A stretch of 64,000 bases of DNA from Clostridia bacterium (GTDB lineage Bacteria; Bacillota; Clostridia; JAAYHZ01), in contig JBMNIH010000005.1 of assembly GCA_050950825.1 (NCBI GenBank), positions 64,001 to 128,000 on the forward strand. The letters are read 5' to 3'. A program made the translations under genes and the position numbers. This document shows positions 8,607 through 18,249 of the stretch, piece by piece (position 1 is the stretch's first letter; the number at the start of each line of letters is the position of its first letter). The notes under the pieces were generated by a model, which was not told the origin of the DNA, did no database searches, and was given only the letters and a program-made list of their open reading frames with translations.

Positions 8607-10472
8607 ATGTTAAAAAAACAACTGCAAGGAATCTGTCTGCTACTGGCGGCAATGCTACTGTTGGCATCGGTAGGCTGTACGGGGTCGGAGGTGGAACCGG
8701 AAGCAACCTCAGAAACAACCGTAACTTCAAAGCAAGCTGTCGTAACTACAACGGCAGGCGTAACGACGACGACAAAAACGGAGACAACGACCCAAGCGGT
8801 AGAGGAGAATCCTTTTGAGGAATTCTATGAAATTTCCTGGATATTCGGCTTTTGCGATACTTACGTAGAAGGCGCATACGACGAGCTGATGATCGAAGAA
8901 AGATATAACATCGATCTTAAGTGCTGGAATATCAGCTACTACGACACGGAAGGTCTTACCATGATGTTAGCCGCCGGAGACATACCGGATTTCAGTAACC
9001 TTGCAAGAGGCGGAAAAACACCTCAGCAATTGTACGAAGAAGGCTACACAAGATCCGTATCCTTGGATATGTACAAAAAGTACTTCCCCTATTATTATGA
9101 ATTGATGCAAAATCATGCGCCTACAAGCTTTGAACGAAATAATATCCGAGGTACCGAGGAATATTACGGAATCTCTTGGGTCCGAAGCAACTACAAGATG
9201 TTTTACAACGCTCCTTTGTTCAGGCTTGATTGGCTTGAAAATATCGGTTATTCCATTCCCGAAGAAGAGCTTATTCCCATTGTACTGACATCCGAAAAAC
9301 TGGCAAAATACAGCGGCCAAACCTACATAACAACGTATATGTTCGAACACGATGAGCTAAACGACATCTTCCGTGCATTCACCGAGGACGACCCGGACGG
9401 AAACGGAGAAGACGATACTTATGCCGCCGTGATTAACCCGAACACATTCAGAAACGTGTGGGTGGACCTGTATTGGGGTCAATTCGGGGTCATTTCTTCG
9501 GAAGCCAACTATTTATATCTGGATGAGATCACGGGCGATGTGGTTCCTTGGTTTGCATACACCGGGTACAGGGACTATGTCATATGGGCATCGGATATGT
9601 ACCGTAAAGGCTATATGCGAACTCTTCCTGACGGTACTTTCTACGACATCCTTCTGGCTACCTGGATGACAGGCAAAGTCGGTTACTTTAATGCGGACAG
9701 ACAATACATCGCAAGACCCGATGCTCCGGACTATTCCGACAGGCAGCCTCCCCAAGGTCTATGGCTTCGAGGCGAAGAAGACGCTACTTTCGTGATGATG
9801 CCTTGCTTGAAAGGCCCCGGAAAGTCATGGGGAAACAAAAGATATGTTCTTGACGCGTTTATTGACGGTGCAGGAGGCACTACCGTTATCGGAGCCCAAG
9901 TTTCCGACGGAAAATTGGCGAGAATTCTGACCATCTATAATGATTATAACGTTAACAAAGACGATCCTTGGTTCCGTCAAGTCTACCAAGGAATTGAAGG
10001 CGTACATTTTACATGGTCCGGCGAACCTTGGAACAGCTCGAAGATCACAACTCCCGAGGAACTCATACCTCCGAAATATCGAAGAGGCGGATCGAACATC
10101 GGCGTAGGGGCTTTCTCTCCCGATCCGAACCTTTATGTTCATGAAGCTTACAGACAAATCTGGCTCATCCATATCGAAGACCGCTGGGTGGAAAAATACG
10201 CAATTCATCCGTACAAATTCATCAGCTTGTTGGATATGGGAGAAGATCTGTATAACAAGTATAACGAAGCTTGGGCGGAAATCAGCCCCCAACTGAATCC
10301 GATTATCAATGACTTTGCGAACCGCACTTGGAACGGCGAAATCGCCAACATCAATACGGAGTGGGAGGAATACCTCAATCGGTTATACGCGGCAGGCTTG
10401 GAAGATTTGATCCGCGACTACTATATGAACGATAACTTCCGATTGTACACACCTCCTGAAATATACGAATAA
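8607..10472 (+). CDS. ABC transporter extracellular solute-binding lipoprotein (carbohydrate, LplA-like)
   Basis: Lipobox LASVGC, Thr-rich linker, LAAGDIPD, FRLDWLENIG, FTEDDPDGNGEDDTY and GIEGVHF. Confidence 0.85.
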   Translation: MLKKQLQGICLLLAAMLLLASVGCTGSEVEPEATSETTVTSKQAVVTTTAGVTTTTKTETTTQAVEENPFEEFYEISWIFGFCDTYVEGAYDELMIEERYNIDLKCWNISYYDTEGLTMMLAAGDIPDFSNLARGGKTPQQLYEEGYTRSVSLDMYKKYFPYYYELMQNHAPTSFERNNIRGTEEYYGISWVRSNYKMFYNAPLFRLDWLENIGYSIPEEELIPIVLTSEKLAKYSGQTYITTYMFEHDELNDIFRAFTEDDPDGNGEDDTYAAVINPNTFRNVWVDLYWGQFGVISSEANYLYLDEITGDVVPWFAYTGYRDYVIWASDMYRKGYMRTLPDGTFYDILLATWMTGKVGYFNADRQYIARPDAPDYSDRQPPQGLWLRGEEDATFVMMPCLKGPGKSWGNKRYVLDAFIDGAGGTTVIGAQVSDGKLARILTIYNDYNVNKDDPWFRQVYQGIEGVHFTWSGEPWNSSKITTPEELIPPKYRRGGSNIGVGAFSPDPNLYVHEAYRQIWLIHIEDRWVEKYAIHPYKFISLLDMGEDLYNKYNEAWAEISPQLNPIINDFANRTWNGEIANINTEWEEYLNRLYAAGLEDLIRDYYMNDNFRLYTPPEIYE

Positions 10473-10499
10473 CGAAGCGTAGCGGTTTGTACAAATTTT

Positions 10500-10524
10500 G
10501 AAGGCGGCTTTTTAAGCCGCCTTC
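10500..10524. terminator. Hairpin terminator between convergent genes
   Basis: GAAGGCGGCT-TTTTA-AGCCGCCTTC inverted repeat. Confidence 0.7.
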
Positions 10525-10542
10525 TGATTCTATCATTCAATT

Positions 10543-11778
10543 CTAAAAGTGAATCATGACGCCGGTGTCGGCCAAAGCTTGCTGCAATTGCTCGATAGGG
10601 ATTTCGGTTAAGTCCTTCGACATTTTTACCGCCATTGCCGCCGCTTGGCCGGCCGCTTGACCGGTTAAAATGGCGGGCGGTATTACTCTTGTCACGTCCC
10701 ATGCCCAACCGGCTGCGGATACGGATCTTCCGGCAGTGAGCAGATTGGAGAACTTCGAGTTGTACAAACAACGGTAGGGCACCTCGTAAACAATGTCTCG
10801 CTTGGTAAAATCGCATATGGCGCCGATAGAGTCGTCAAAGTGCTTGTATTGATCTTGCTCCGTCAGCTCATAGTCCCCTATGATTCTTCGTGTTGTACGG
10901 AATTGCGGCATAAAGGGAAGCATTACGATATCTCTTTCGAAACGATTGTCATTTTGAATAAGCTCAACGGTTCTTCTATGGCCTTCGATTACATACTCCG
11001 TAATATCCCTTACGTCGGTTCCGTCAAGCTTCTTCATCCCTTCCGGATGGCCTTTTCCGTAAAGGTTCGACCCGATATTAAAGGGACGAACACCTTTTTC
11101 TATTTTTCGATCGCCGAGGGCCGCCTCCATGGATTCCATATCCATCACCCGCCCCCAAAAAGAAAACCAATTGCCCGTCGTTTCCGTCGGGACTCCTGCT
11201 CGATACAAAAGGTCGGAATCTCCCGTCGCATCAATGACGATCTTCGCTTTGTAATATTGTCGTCCGGATTTGTTTTCCACTATCACCCCTTGGCAGGCTC
11301 CTTGGTCCATAACCGGCTTGCAGGCCAAGGTGTCAAACAAAAGGTCCGTTCCGTGTTCCTTCAGAAAACCGGTTAACGACATGGCAAATATGTAAGGAGA
11401 AAAACGGGTTACGTAACGGGGAGGATTCTGCCGATTGCTATCCGTTAAAAGCTCCGGATTGATGTTTTCTCGTTTTCCTTCCGCCGCATCCTTCCAGGGT
11501 CCCGGTACGGTATCGTAACCGTACTTGATGGAGAAGCGCAAAAGCTCCTCGCATACTCCCCCGATGATTTTTCGGCCTCGGCCGTCGCATAAGGGTTCGA
11601 TATAGTTTATGAGTCCGTTTGTGGCAAGACCGCCTAGCAAAATGCTTTTTTCCATCAAGAGGGTTTTACATCCGGCTCTTGAAGCCGTTAGCGCCGCCGC
11701 CACACCGGCGACTCCTCCTCCGGCCACCAAAACGTCGTATTCCGCTATCTTAGGCACTTCCAAATATTCCTTAATCAT
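10543..11778 (-). CDS. FAD-dependent oxidoreductase (FAD_oxidored family)
   Basis: DVLVAGGGVAGVAAA (Rossmann fold), LGGLATNG, IDATGDSD, YEVPYRCL..NLLTAGR and GQAAG. Start at ATG 11778 after GGAGG. Confidence 0.88.
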   Translation of the reverse strand: MIKEYLEVPKIAEYDVLVAGGGVAGVAAALTASRAGCKTLLMEKSILLGGLATNGLINYIEPLCDGRGRKIIGGVCEELLRFSIKYGYDTVPGPWKDAAEGKRENINPELLTDSNRQNPPRYVTRFSPYIFAMSLTGFLKEHGTDLLFDTLACKPVMDQGACQGVIVENKSGRQYYKAKIVIDATGDSDLLYRAGVPTETTGNWFSFWGRVMDMESMEAALGDRKIEKGVRPFNIGSNLYGKGHPEGMKKLDGTDVRDITEYVIEGHRRTVELIQNDNRFERDIVMLPFMPQFRTTRRIIGDYELTEQDQYKHFDDSIGAICDFTKRDIVYEVPYRCLYNSKFSNLLTAGRSVSAAGWAWDVTRVIPPAILTGQAAGQAAAMAVKMSKDLTEIPIEQLQQALADTGVMIHF

Positions 11779-11938
11779 CCGCCCTACCTCCAAAAGATCG
11801 TGTGCGTTGGTACCTTTATTGTACATTAAAAATTCTCATCTTGCAGTATGGACTTTCTATTCTTTCTATATATAATATTCTTAAATGAGGCAAATCAGGT
11901 TTTTTCAAGAAGAAAAAGTAAAATGCCGAGAGGTTCCT

Positions 11939-13513
11939 ATGCAAAATATTGATCGAATCCAAGAAACCGCTTATCAACTGATTTTAGAATTTTTAACCGG
12001 TGAAGAAAAACCGATTCCCCGTTTCGACCTTAACGACGAAACGGCGCTTTTGAACCTGTTATATAACCGCAAAGTTCTGTTTGCTTTGTCGCCTCTTTTG
12101 GAAAAAAAGCTTTCCGCACCTTCCGTAACCAAAATGAAGGTTCTAACGGCTCATCATAAGAACGTAATTCGGAAAAGGCTTTCCGTTGCAAAAGAGGTGA
12201 TGGATACCGCCATAGAAAACCGTATCCCTTGCGTCTTCATCAAAGGCATGGCTTTATCCCGGCTCATATACGAAGACATATACATAAGACCGGGTAACGA
12301 TTTGGATTTTTGGACGGGCCCCGAATATGCATTGCCCCTTGCAGAAATCTTATTACAAAAAGACTTCTATATCAGCGGCCGCCCGGATCCGAAGACCGGG
12401 AAGGCGGAAAAAATTAAAAAGCCCGTTATGATTCCGGGCTCCTACTATTACGAATACACCGTAGAAAAGGAAGTCGACGGTTTTTCCATAAAAGCGGAGA
12501 TTAAAAAGCTATCCAGCGCCTTGCTATTCTTAAAGAACAGTCCCTATCGGGAAAACATGCTCCAATACACGGAAGAAATCGATTTGGAAGGAAACCGGTT
12601 TGTAACAAGCGATTTGGAATATACCCTTCTTCATTTGTGCGCAAACACATATGTTAATACCGAAAGCGAATTCGGCGTCCTTCATTCTCATCATTGGATC
12701 GATTACATGGATTTGTACCTTTTCTTAAAAAAGTATCAAAATGCTCTGGATTGGAAAAAGGTAAAAGAGCACGGAGAAAACTTGGGCATAACCCATCGAA
12801 TCTACAAAACCTTTAACGACGTCAAAGAATTGTTCGGTTTTCCGATGGACGAATCGATTATCGGACAGTTTACCTTTAACCCCGAAAATGTTACGCATGA
12901 AAGGGTATTCCCGAGCGGTTCCTTAACCGATTGGAAAATGAGCATCAAGGAAAGGTTTTTCTACCCTAAGGAACGGATTATCGAATACTATAAAGGTATA
13001 AGAGCCGAAAAATTCCGACAAGAATACGTAGAAAAAAGCACGTATCGGGTAGAAACAATCGACGACAATCCTCCTTTCTTACGGATGGCGGATGAAGCGG
13101 GGATTGATTACGCCGATTTAAGAATATATAAAGACGATAAAGGACTCTATTTTCATTTGGATCTTGCCGAGGTTGTTAAGAAAAATCCTACGGATTATCA
13201 AGTGCTTTTGTCCTTGTTCAATAACGACATGGAATCCGACGTCTACCAAACCGTCATCCGAACCCATTACGACTCCAACGGCATCTACGCCGATTTGGAG
13301 GATCACAAGCACAAAACGACCGACGCCCTAACGGCGGTGCAAAAGGATGACAGTATTCTTTTACATATCCCCTTCGACAGCATAATCGGGTGGAAAAAAA
13401 GGCTTCTTGCCTTCTCCATCTATTTTTTCAAAAAGATCGAAAACGGTGCCTACGATTACACGGCAGGGGTTATAAAGTCCGATTTGGAAAAAGCAAAGTA
13501 CATCCGGTTCTGA
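11939..13513 (+). CDS. Nucleotidyltransferase family protein (NTP_transf_5-like) with C-terminal extension
   Basis: FIKGMALSRLIY...RPGNDLDF and LLHLCAN...WIDYMDL match the NTP_transf_5 pattern. Start at ATG 11939 after GAGG. Confidence 0.75.
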   Translation: MQNIDRIQETAYQLILEFLTGEEKPIPRFDLNDETALLNLLYNRKVLFALSPLLEKKLSAPSVTKMKVLTAHHKNVIRKRLSVAKEVMDTAIENRIPCVFIKGMALSRLIYEDIYIRPGNDLDFWTGPEYALPLAEILLQKDFYISGRPDPKTGKAEKIKKPVMIPGSYYYEYTVEKEVDGFSIKAEIKKLSSALLFLKNSPYRENMLQYTEEIDLEGNRFVTSDLEYTLLHLCANTYVNTESEFGVLHSHHWIDYMDLYLFLKKYQNALDWKKVKEHGENLGITHRIYKTFNDVKELFGFPMDESIIGQFTFNPENVTHERVFPSGSLTDWKMSIKERFFYPKERIIEYYKGIRAEKFRQEYVEKSTYRVETIDDNPPFLRMADEAGIDYADLRIYKDDKGLYFHLDLAEVVKKNPTDYQVLLSLFNNDMESDVYQTVIRTHYDSNGIYADLEDHKHKTTDALTAVQKDDSILLHIPFDSIIGWKKRLLAFSIYFFKKIENGAYDYTAGVIKSDLEKAKYIRF

Positions 13514-13536
13514 TCAAAAAGACGGTACATAATAAA

Positions 13537-13576
13537 ACATGGGCGGAAAAAAAGCATGCTCTTTTTCCGCCCATGT
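13537..13576. terminator. Long hairpin between convergent genes (likely bidirectional terminator)
   Basis: ACATGGGCGGAAAAA / TTTTTCCGCCCATGT, a perfect 15-bp inverted repeat. Confidence 0.7.
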
Positions 13577-13606
13577 GTATATATATCAAACGGTCACGTA
13601 CGTTTA

Positions 13607-14320
13607 TTACACTTTTTCTATATTCTCAATCAAAGCGCCAAGCCCGATGGCGCTGTCCACCGGCAACGAAAAGCAAATACCGGTTCCTGCGGTATTCAGC
13701 CCCACTTCATGCGTGATGCTTTCCATAATCGCCAGCTTCTTTTCCTTCGGGGCTAAAATCAGGACAAGATCTTTTTCCGGCTGTATGGTAATACCCAAGT
13801 ATTTTTTCGCTTCCTTCGATCCCAAACCGCGGGCATGAACAACGGTTCCTCCGCCGGCACCCGCTTTTTTTGCCGCTTCCATCACTTGGTCATAAAATCC
13901 GCTGTTGACGATGGTTACGATTAAATGATAAGGTTCTTTTGACGTTAAAGGCATATCCTCACTTCCTATCTTTAAATTCTCTTCCGCTTGCACACAAATT
14001 CCGGAAAGAATGCTGCTGACGCTGCTTACGTTCACGGTAAATGCGATTCCCGTACCGGGCTTGCTAAAGTCGATACAATCCTGCAATTGCTTTAACAAGT
14101 AATTCGTCATTCGTTTTGTTTGTACGCTAATGGAAACGGTTTTCTTAGGACCTCCGTATCCGAGTATCTCATATACGGCGGATTTTGCCGAACCCTTTCC
14201 GTGGGTCAATAACAATATGGGAGCATCGTTATTCTTAAACACGTTCGTAAGAACGTCTTCCAAACCGTGATCCACAATTGCGAACAAAGCATCCAGCTTG
14301 GTTTCAGAGTGATTAACCAT
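13607..14320 (-). CDS. P-II-like regulatory protein (tandem P-II domains)
   Basis: GKGSA...GTGIAFT and GAGGGTVVHARG...GTGICFSLPV; the usual partner of DUF1538. Confidence 0.8.
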   Translation of the reverse strand: MVNHSETKLDALFAIVDHGLEDVLTNVFKNNDAPILLLTHGKGSAKSAVYEILGYGGPKKTVSISVQTKRMTNYLLKQLQDCIDFSKPGTGIAFTVNVSSVSSILSGICVQAEENLKIGSEDMPLTSKEPYHLIVTIVNSGFYDQVMEAAKKAGAGGGTVVHARGLGSKEAKKYLGITIQPEKDLVLILAPKEKKLAIMESITHEVGLNTAGTGICFSLPVDSAIGLGALIENIEKV

Positions 14321-15971
14321 CTTTCCCCTCCATCTCGCTAAAATCGGCGGTTATCCTTTTGCCATTATACTCATTCGTTTTATCACTTGCAACGGAAGCA
14401 TAAACCGCCTCTTTATCCTCTTGTTCCACAGGACCTGCAATTTCACCTTCTTGTTTTTCTTCTTGGTCCTCAAAAGAGTACTCCAACTCGATAATGGTAT
14501 CCTCGATCTCGGGAACCACCATTTCTTTTCTTGCCCTCTTGGATTTTATTGCATATACCAATCCGAACAGCTGCAAAGTAATAACCGGTGTCAAGGCCAC
14601 CAAAGCAACGATTCCGAATGCATCGGCATAGATGTTTCCGCCCATAGCCTCGGATGCGCCGATAGCCAGAGGAAGCATAAACGTTGCGGCCAACGGCCCG
14701 GAAGCCACGGCACCGGAGTCAAAGGCGATGGACGTAAAAAGCCGAGGTACAACAAACGTAAGGGCCAAAGCGAATACATACCCGGGAATAACAAAATACA
14801 AAAGGGAAAGTCCTGTGACAACTCGCAGCATGGCCAATCCTACCGAAACGGCTACCCCTACGGACAATCCGATTCCCATGGATTTTGCCGAAACGGCGCC
14901 CTCCGTTACTTCCTCCACTTGTCTTTTTAAAACAAAAACGGCCGGTTCGGCGGCAACCACAAAATAGCCGATCACCATTCCTACCAAAATGAGTACGACG
15001 GGACCGTTATTCTTCAACAATACGCTGCCTAACCGGTATCCTATCGGAAGAAAACCCGTGTTGACACCCAGCAAAAACAACACAAGACCTAAAAACGTGT
15101 AGACGGTCCCCGTGCCGATTTTTAAAATCTCTTTGAGCTTTAAACGAAGCTTAAAGACTTGAAAAACGGCAAAGGTTGCAATCATGGGCAACAAGGCTAC
15201 CGCTACCTGCTTTGTATACTCTCCAAAATGGGAGCGAAAAAGCTTCGCTATATCCCTTACGGACGTTACGGAAGGAACCGTCATGGCGCTTCCTCCGGAG
15301 GGAGTAAAGAACATCCCCAAAATCAATACGGTAATAATGGGGCCGATCAAGCAAAGAGAAATTAAGCCGAAGCTGTCTTCTTCCGACGTTTTATCGGCAC
15401 GAATGGATGCCAACCCCAGTCCCAAAGCCATGACAAAGGGCACCATAATAGGTCCCGTGGTAACTCCCCCCGATTCCCAAGCAATGGAAAGAAAGCTTTT
15501 GCCGGTAAAACAGGAGAGCACAAAGGCGATTGAATAACAGCTTATCAGTATGTAGGACAGCGGGATTTGGAATAAAACACGTAAAAAAGCGCCTACAAGG
15601 GCAAGTCCTACGCCTACGGATACGCCGATAATGATAACGGTGTTCGGCACGCCGTTGATTTGTCCCGCCATAACCGCAAGGTCCGGCTCCGCGATGGTTA
15701 TAAACACACCGATAATGAAAGATAATATGACGATTAACAACAGTTTTCCGGTCTTTACCAATGCCGATCCGATATGTTCGCCTATAGGGATGAGGGACAT
15801 GTCGACACCGAAATTAAACAAGGTGATCCCTGCAATCACCGCGGCTGCACTTACAAGAAAAAGAATCACGTTCCATGACGGCATCGGCGCAATGGTATAG
15901 CTTAGGAGCACAACCAGAATTACAATTGGAAATACCGAAAAGGATGACTCCTTCAATTTCGCTAAAAGCAA
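14313..15971 (-). CDS. DUF1538 family membrane protein (two repeats)
   Basis: Repeated IAEPD/AAEPA, ESGGVTTGP/DSGAVASGP and FGL/FGI motifs; multiple TM segments. Confidence 0.88.
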   Translation of the reverse strand: MLLAKLKESSFSVFPIVILVVLLSYTIAPMPSWNVILFLVSAAAVIAGITLFNFGVDMSLIPIGEHIGSALVKTGKLLLIVILSFIIGVFITIAEPDLAVMAGQINGVPNTVIIIGVSVGVGLALVGAFLRVLFQIPLSYILISCYSIAFVLSCFTGKSFLSIAWESGGVTTGPIMVPFVMALGLGLASIRADKTSEEDSFGLISLCLIGPIITVLILGMFFTPSGGSAMTVPSVTSVRDIAKLFRSHFGEYTKQVAVALLPMIATFAVFQVFKLRLKLKEILKIGTGTVYTFLGLVLFLLGVNTGFLPIGYRLGSVLLKNNGPVVLILVGMVIGYFVVAAEPAVFVLKRQVEEVTEGAVSAKSMGIGLSVGVAVSVGLAMLRVVTGLSLLYFVIPGYVFALALTFVVPRLFTSIAFDSGAVASGPLAATFMLPLAIGASEAMGGNIYADAFGIVALVALTPVITLQLFGLVYAIKSKRARKEMVVPEIEDTIIELEYSFEDQEEKQEGEIAGPVEQEDKEAVYASVASDKTNEYNGKRITADFSEMEGKDG

Positions 15972-16096
15972 TCTACGTATTTTATTTCACTCCTTCTTCA
16001 GTTTTTTTGGAAAATAAGCTTTTGTTTTACTAAGGTTGATATGTATTAAAACAAAAAGAAATGTACGACATTACTTATGATAACATAAACAGAAAC

Positions 16097-16146
16097 CAAA
16101 AGCAGCCTCTTATTCTTTAATTGTATGTTAAAGATCAAGAGGCTGC
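16097..16146 (-). terminator. Rho-independent terminator of the VTC/CotH/two-component operon
   Basis: GCAGCCTCTT...AAGAGGCTGC stem with an inner TCTTTAA/TTAAAGA pair, followed by TTTT on the minus strand. Confidence 0.7.
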
Positions 16147-16189
16147 GTTAATATAATAGGGTTTCACATAGGCTAACGTAACGAAATTT

Positions 16190-17482
16190 TTACTGCTCGA
16201 TTTGGATTTCAAACCAAAAGAGGCTTCCTTTCCCCTCTTCGGTTTCCACTCCGTAGGTACCGTCGTGCATCTCGATAATCTTTTTGACAATGGAAAGACC
16301 TAAGCCCGTACCCATAATGGGCCGCTTATGATTCTTATCCACCTTATAATACCGATCCCGGATATAGGGTAAATCGCTCTTTCGAATCCCTTCTCCTTTG
16401 TCGATGACTTCGATTCTTACGTTTTTATCGTTTGTTCTTTGCCGTACCAAAACCGTTTTGTCTTCTCCGCTGTGGGTTATGGCATTGAGAAGAAGGTTAT
16501 ATAATACTTGGGTGATTTTCACCTCGTCGGCAACTACGCCAACATCCTCGAAGGCTTCAAACTCCAGCCGATAACCCTCGTGCTTTACAAGCTCGTTCAT
16601 CCGGTTGACGGTTCGTTTTAAGCTCTCCGTCAAGTTGTAGCTCATCTTGTTCAGCTTCGATACCCCCGCTTCAAGTAAAGAAATGTCCGGCATATCGTTC
16701 ACCAAGGAGGTTAATCGTTTTGTTTCGTCCATAATGATTTGACTTTGGTCCGGCGTAACCTCGTCCGGGAAGTCGTGCATCATCTCCGCATAGCTGTATA
16801 TGAGAGCAAGAGGGGTACGCAAATCGTGGGAGACGTTTGCAATCAGCTCCCGCCGCAGCCGCTCCGTCTTCGAAAGCTCGGTAGCCGCCGTGTTTAACGT
16901 ATCCGACAATTCCTTGATTTCCAAATACCCTTTCCCGCGAAATTCCGTGTCGTAGTTTCCCTTTGCCAATGCTTTTGCGCTTTGGTTGATTTTCTCAATG
17001 GGCTTGGATATGTGCTTGGCGATGAGGATGGCAAGCATGGTTGCCAAAAGCACCATCATCCCCGTAATGATAACAAGCCGGATTTGCAGGGTGGACACGG
17101 TGGAATCGACCGGGGTTATCATGGCGTGAAAGGTAAGCGATATCTTTTTGCCGTCCTCCAAAACAAACTCCCGGACCGAGGTTATGGTCTCCGGTCCGTT
17201 TTTATGTCTTCCCGGCGCAGGGAGAGAAGGAGGATAAAATTCTTGAGTCGGCCTTACGGTAATGGCTTTGGACGCTTCCAGCTCAAGCAGTATATTCCCT
17301 AGCTCCGGATTGTTAATATTTTTCTCCACCGTCTGAATCGCTTTTTCCATCTCCATCTTACGAACGAATTTATACATGTCGCTTAAAAAAACCGTCTGAA
17401 AAATCCACAGGATGGCCAAAAGCAATACGCAAAACCCCAGGAGAAAAATAAATATTTTCCATTTTAATTTCAGCTTATCCAT
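16190..17482 (-). CDS. HAMP-domain sensor histidine kinase
   Basis: Two TM segments, HAMP, ANVSHDLRTPL (H box), NLLLNAI, DKGEGI and GTGLGL. Confidence 0.95.
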   Translation of the reverse strand: MDKLKLKWKIFIFLLGFCVLLLAILWIFQTVFLSDMYKFVRKMEMEKAIQTVEKNINNPELGNILLELEASKAITVRPTQEFYPPSLPAPGRHKNGPETITSVREFVLEDGKKISLTFHAMITPVDSTVSTLQIRLVIITGMMVLLATMLAILIAKHISKPIEKINQSAKALAKGNYDTEFRGKGYLEIKELSDTLNTAATELSKTERLRRELIANVSHDLRTPLALIYSYAEMMHDFPDEVTPDQSQIIMDETKRLTSLVNDMPDISLLEAGVSKLNKMSYNLTESLKRTVNRMNELVKHEGYRLEFEAFEDVGVVADEVKITQVLYNLLLNAITHSGEDKTVLVRQRTNDKNVRIEVIDKGEGIRKSDLPYIRDRYYKVDKNHKRPIMGTGLGLSIVKKIIEMHDGTYGVETEEGKGSLFWFEIQIEQ

Positions 17483-18161
17483 CGAATCGATACCCCAGCC
17501 CGCGAAGGGTTTTTATATACTGTGCATAGGGGCCTAAGGATTTTCTTAGCAATTTCATATGGGTATCCAACGTTCGGTCGTCGCCGTAGTAGTTAAAGCC
17601 CCACACCTCCGTCATAATCTTTTCCCTTGGCACCGCTATGTTTTTATTCCGTATTAAGAAAAACAACAGGTCGTATTCTTTCGGCGACAAATTCACTTCC
17701 TCGCCGTCAATAAACACCTTGTATGCCGTCAAATCCGCTTTAAAGCCGTCTTTTTCGAAAACCACGTGGCCTTCGTCATCGGATTTTGCAGGCTTGCTTT
17801 TTTCCATACGGCGTAATATGGCGCCGATTCTCAGCATAATCTCCTTGGAAGAAAAGGGCTTTACCACGTAGTCGTCTACGCCGAGTTCAAAACCCAATAC
17901 CTTGTCATACTCTTCGCCCCGGGCGGACAGCATGATGATGGGAGTGTCCGAAAATTTACGAATTTCCTTTACGGCGGAAAAGCCGTCCATTCCCGGCATC
18001 ATGATATCCATAATGATGATGTCAAAATCGTTGTTTCGGCAAAGCTCTATGGCTTCCAAGCCGTCATCGGCTTCGAAAACCTCGTTGCCCTCGAAAACGG
18101 CATACCTTTTGATCACCGCTCGAAGGCCCGCTTCATCGTCGCATATTAGAATTTTTGCCAT
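17475..18161 (-). CDS. OmpR/PhoB family response regulator
   Basis: ILICDDE, MDIMMPGMDG, DDYVVKPF, LSPKEYDLL and TLRGLGYRF. Confidence 0.96.
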   Translation of the reverse strand: MAKILICDDEAGLRAVIKRYAVFEGNEVFEADDGLEAIELCRNNDFDIIIMDIMMPGMDGFSAVKEIRKFSDTPIIMLSARGEEYDKVLGFELGVDDYVVKPFSSKEIMLRIGAILRRMEKSKPAKSDDEGHVVFEKDGFKADLTAYKVFIDGEEVNLSPKEYDLLFFLIRNKNIAVPREKIMTEVWGFNYYGDDRTLDTHMKLLRKSLGPYAQYIKTLRGLGYRFDG

Positions 18162-18249
18162 TTATCACATCATCCCTTTCTTCGGTATGCTTGATTTTAC
18201 CATAGAATAATCGGGAGCATACCGTATCGTCATCCGCCTTGATTTTAAC

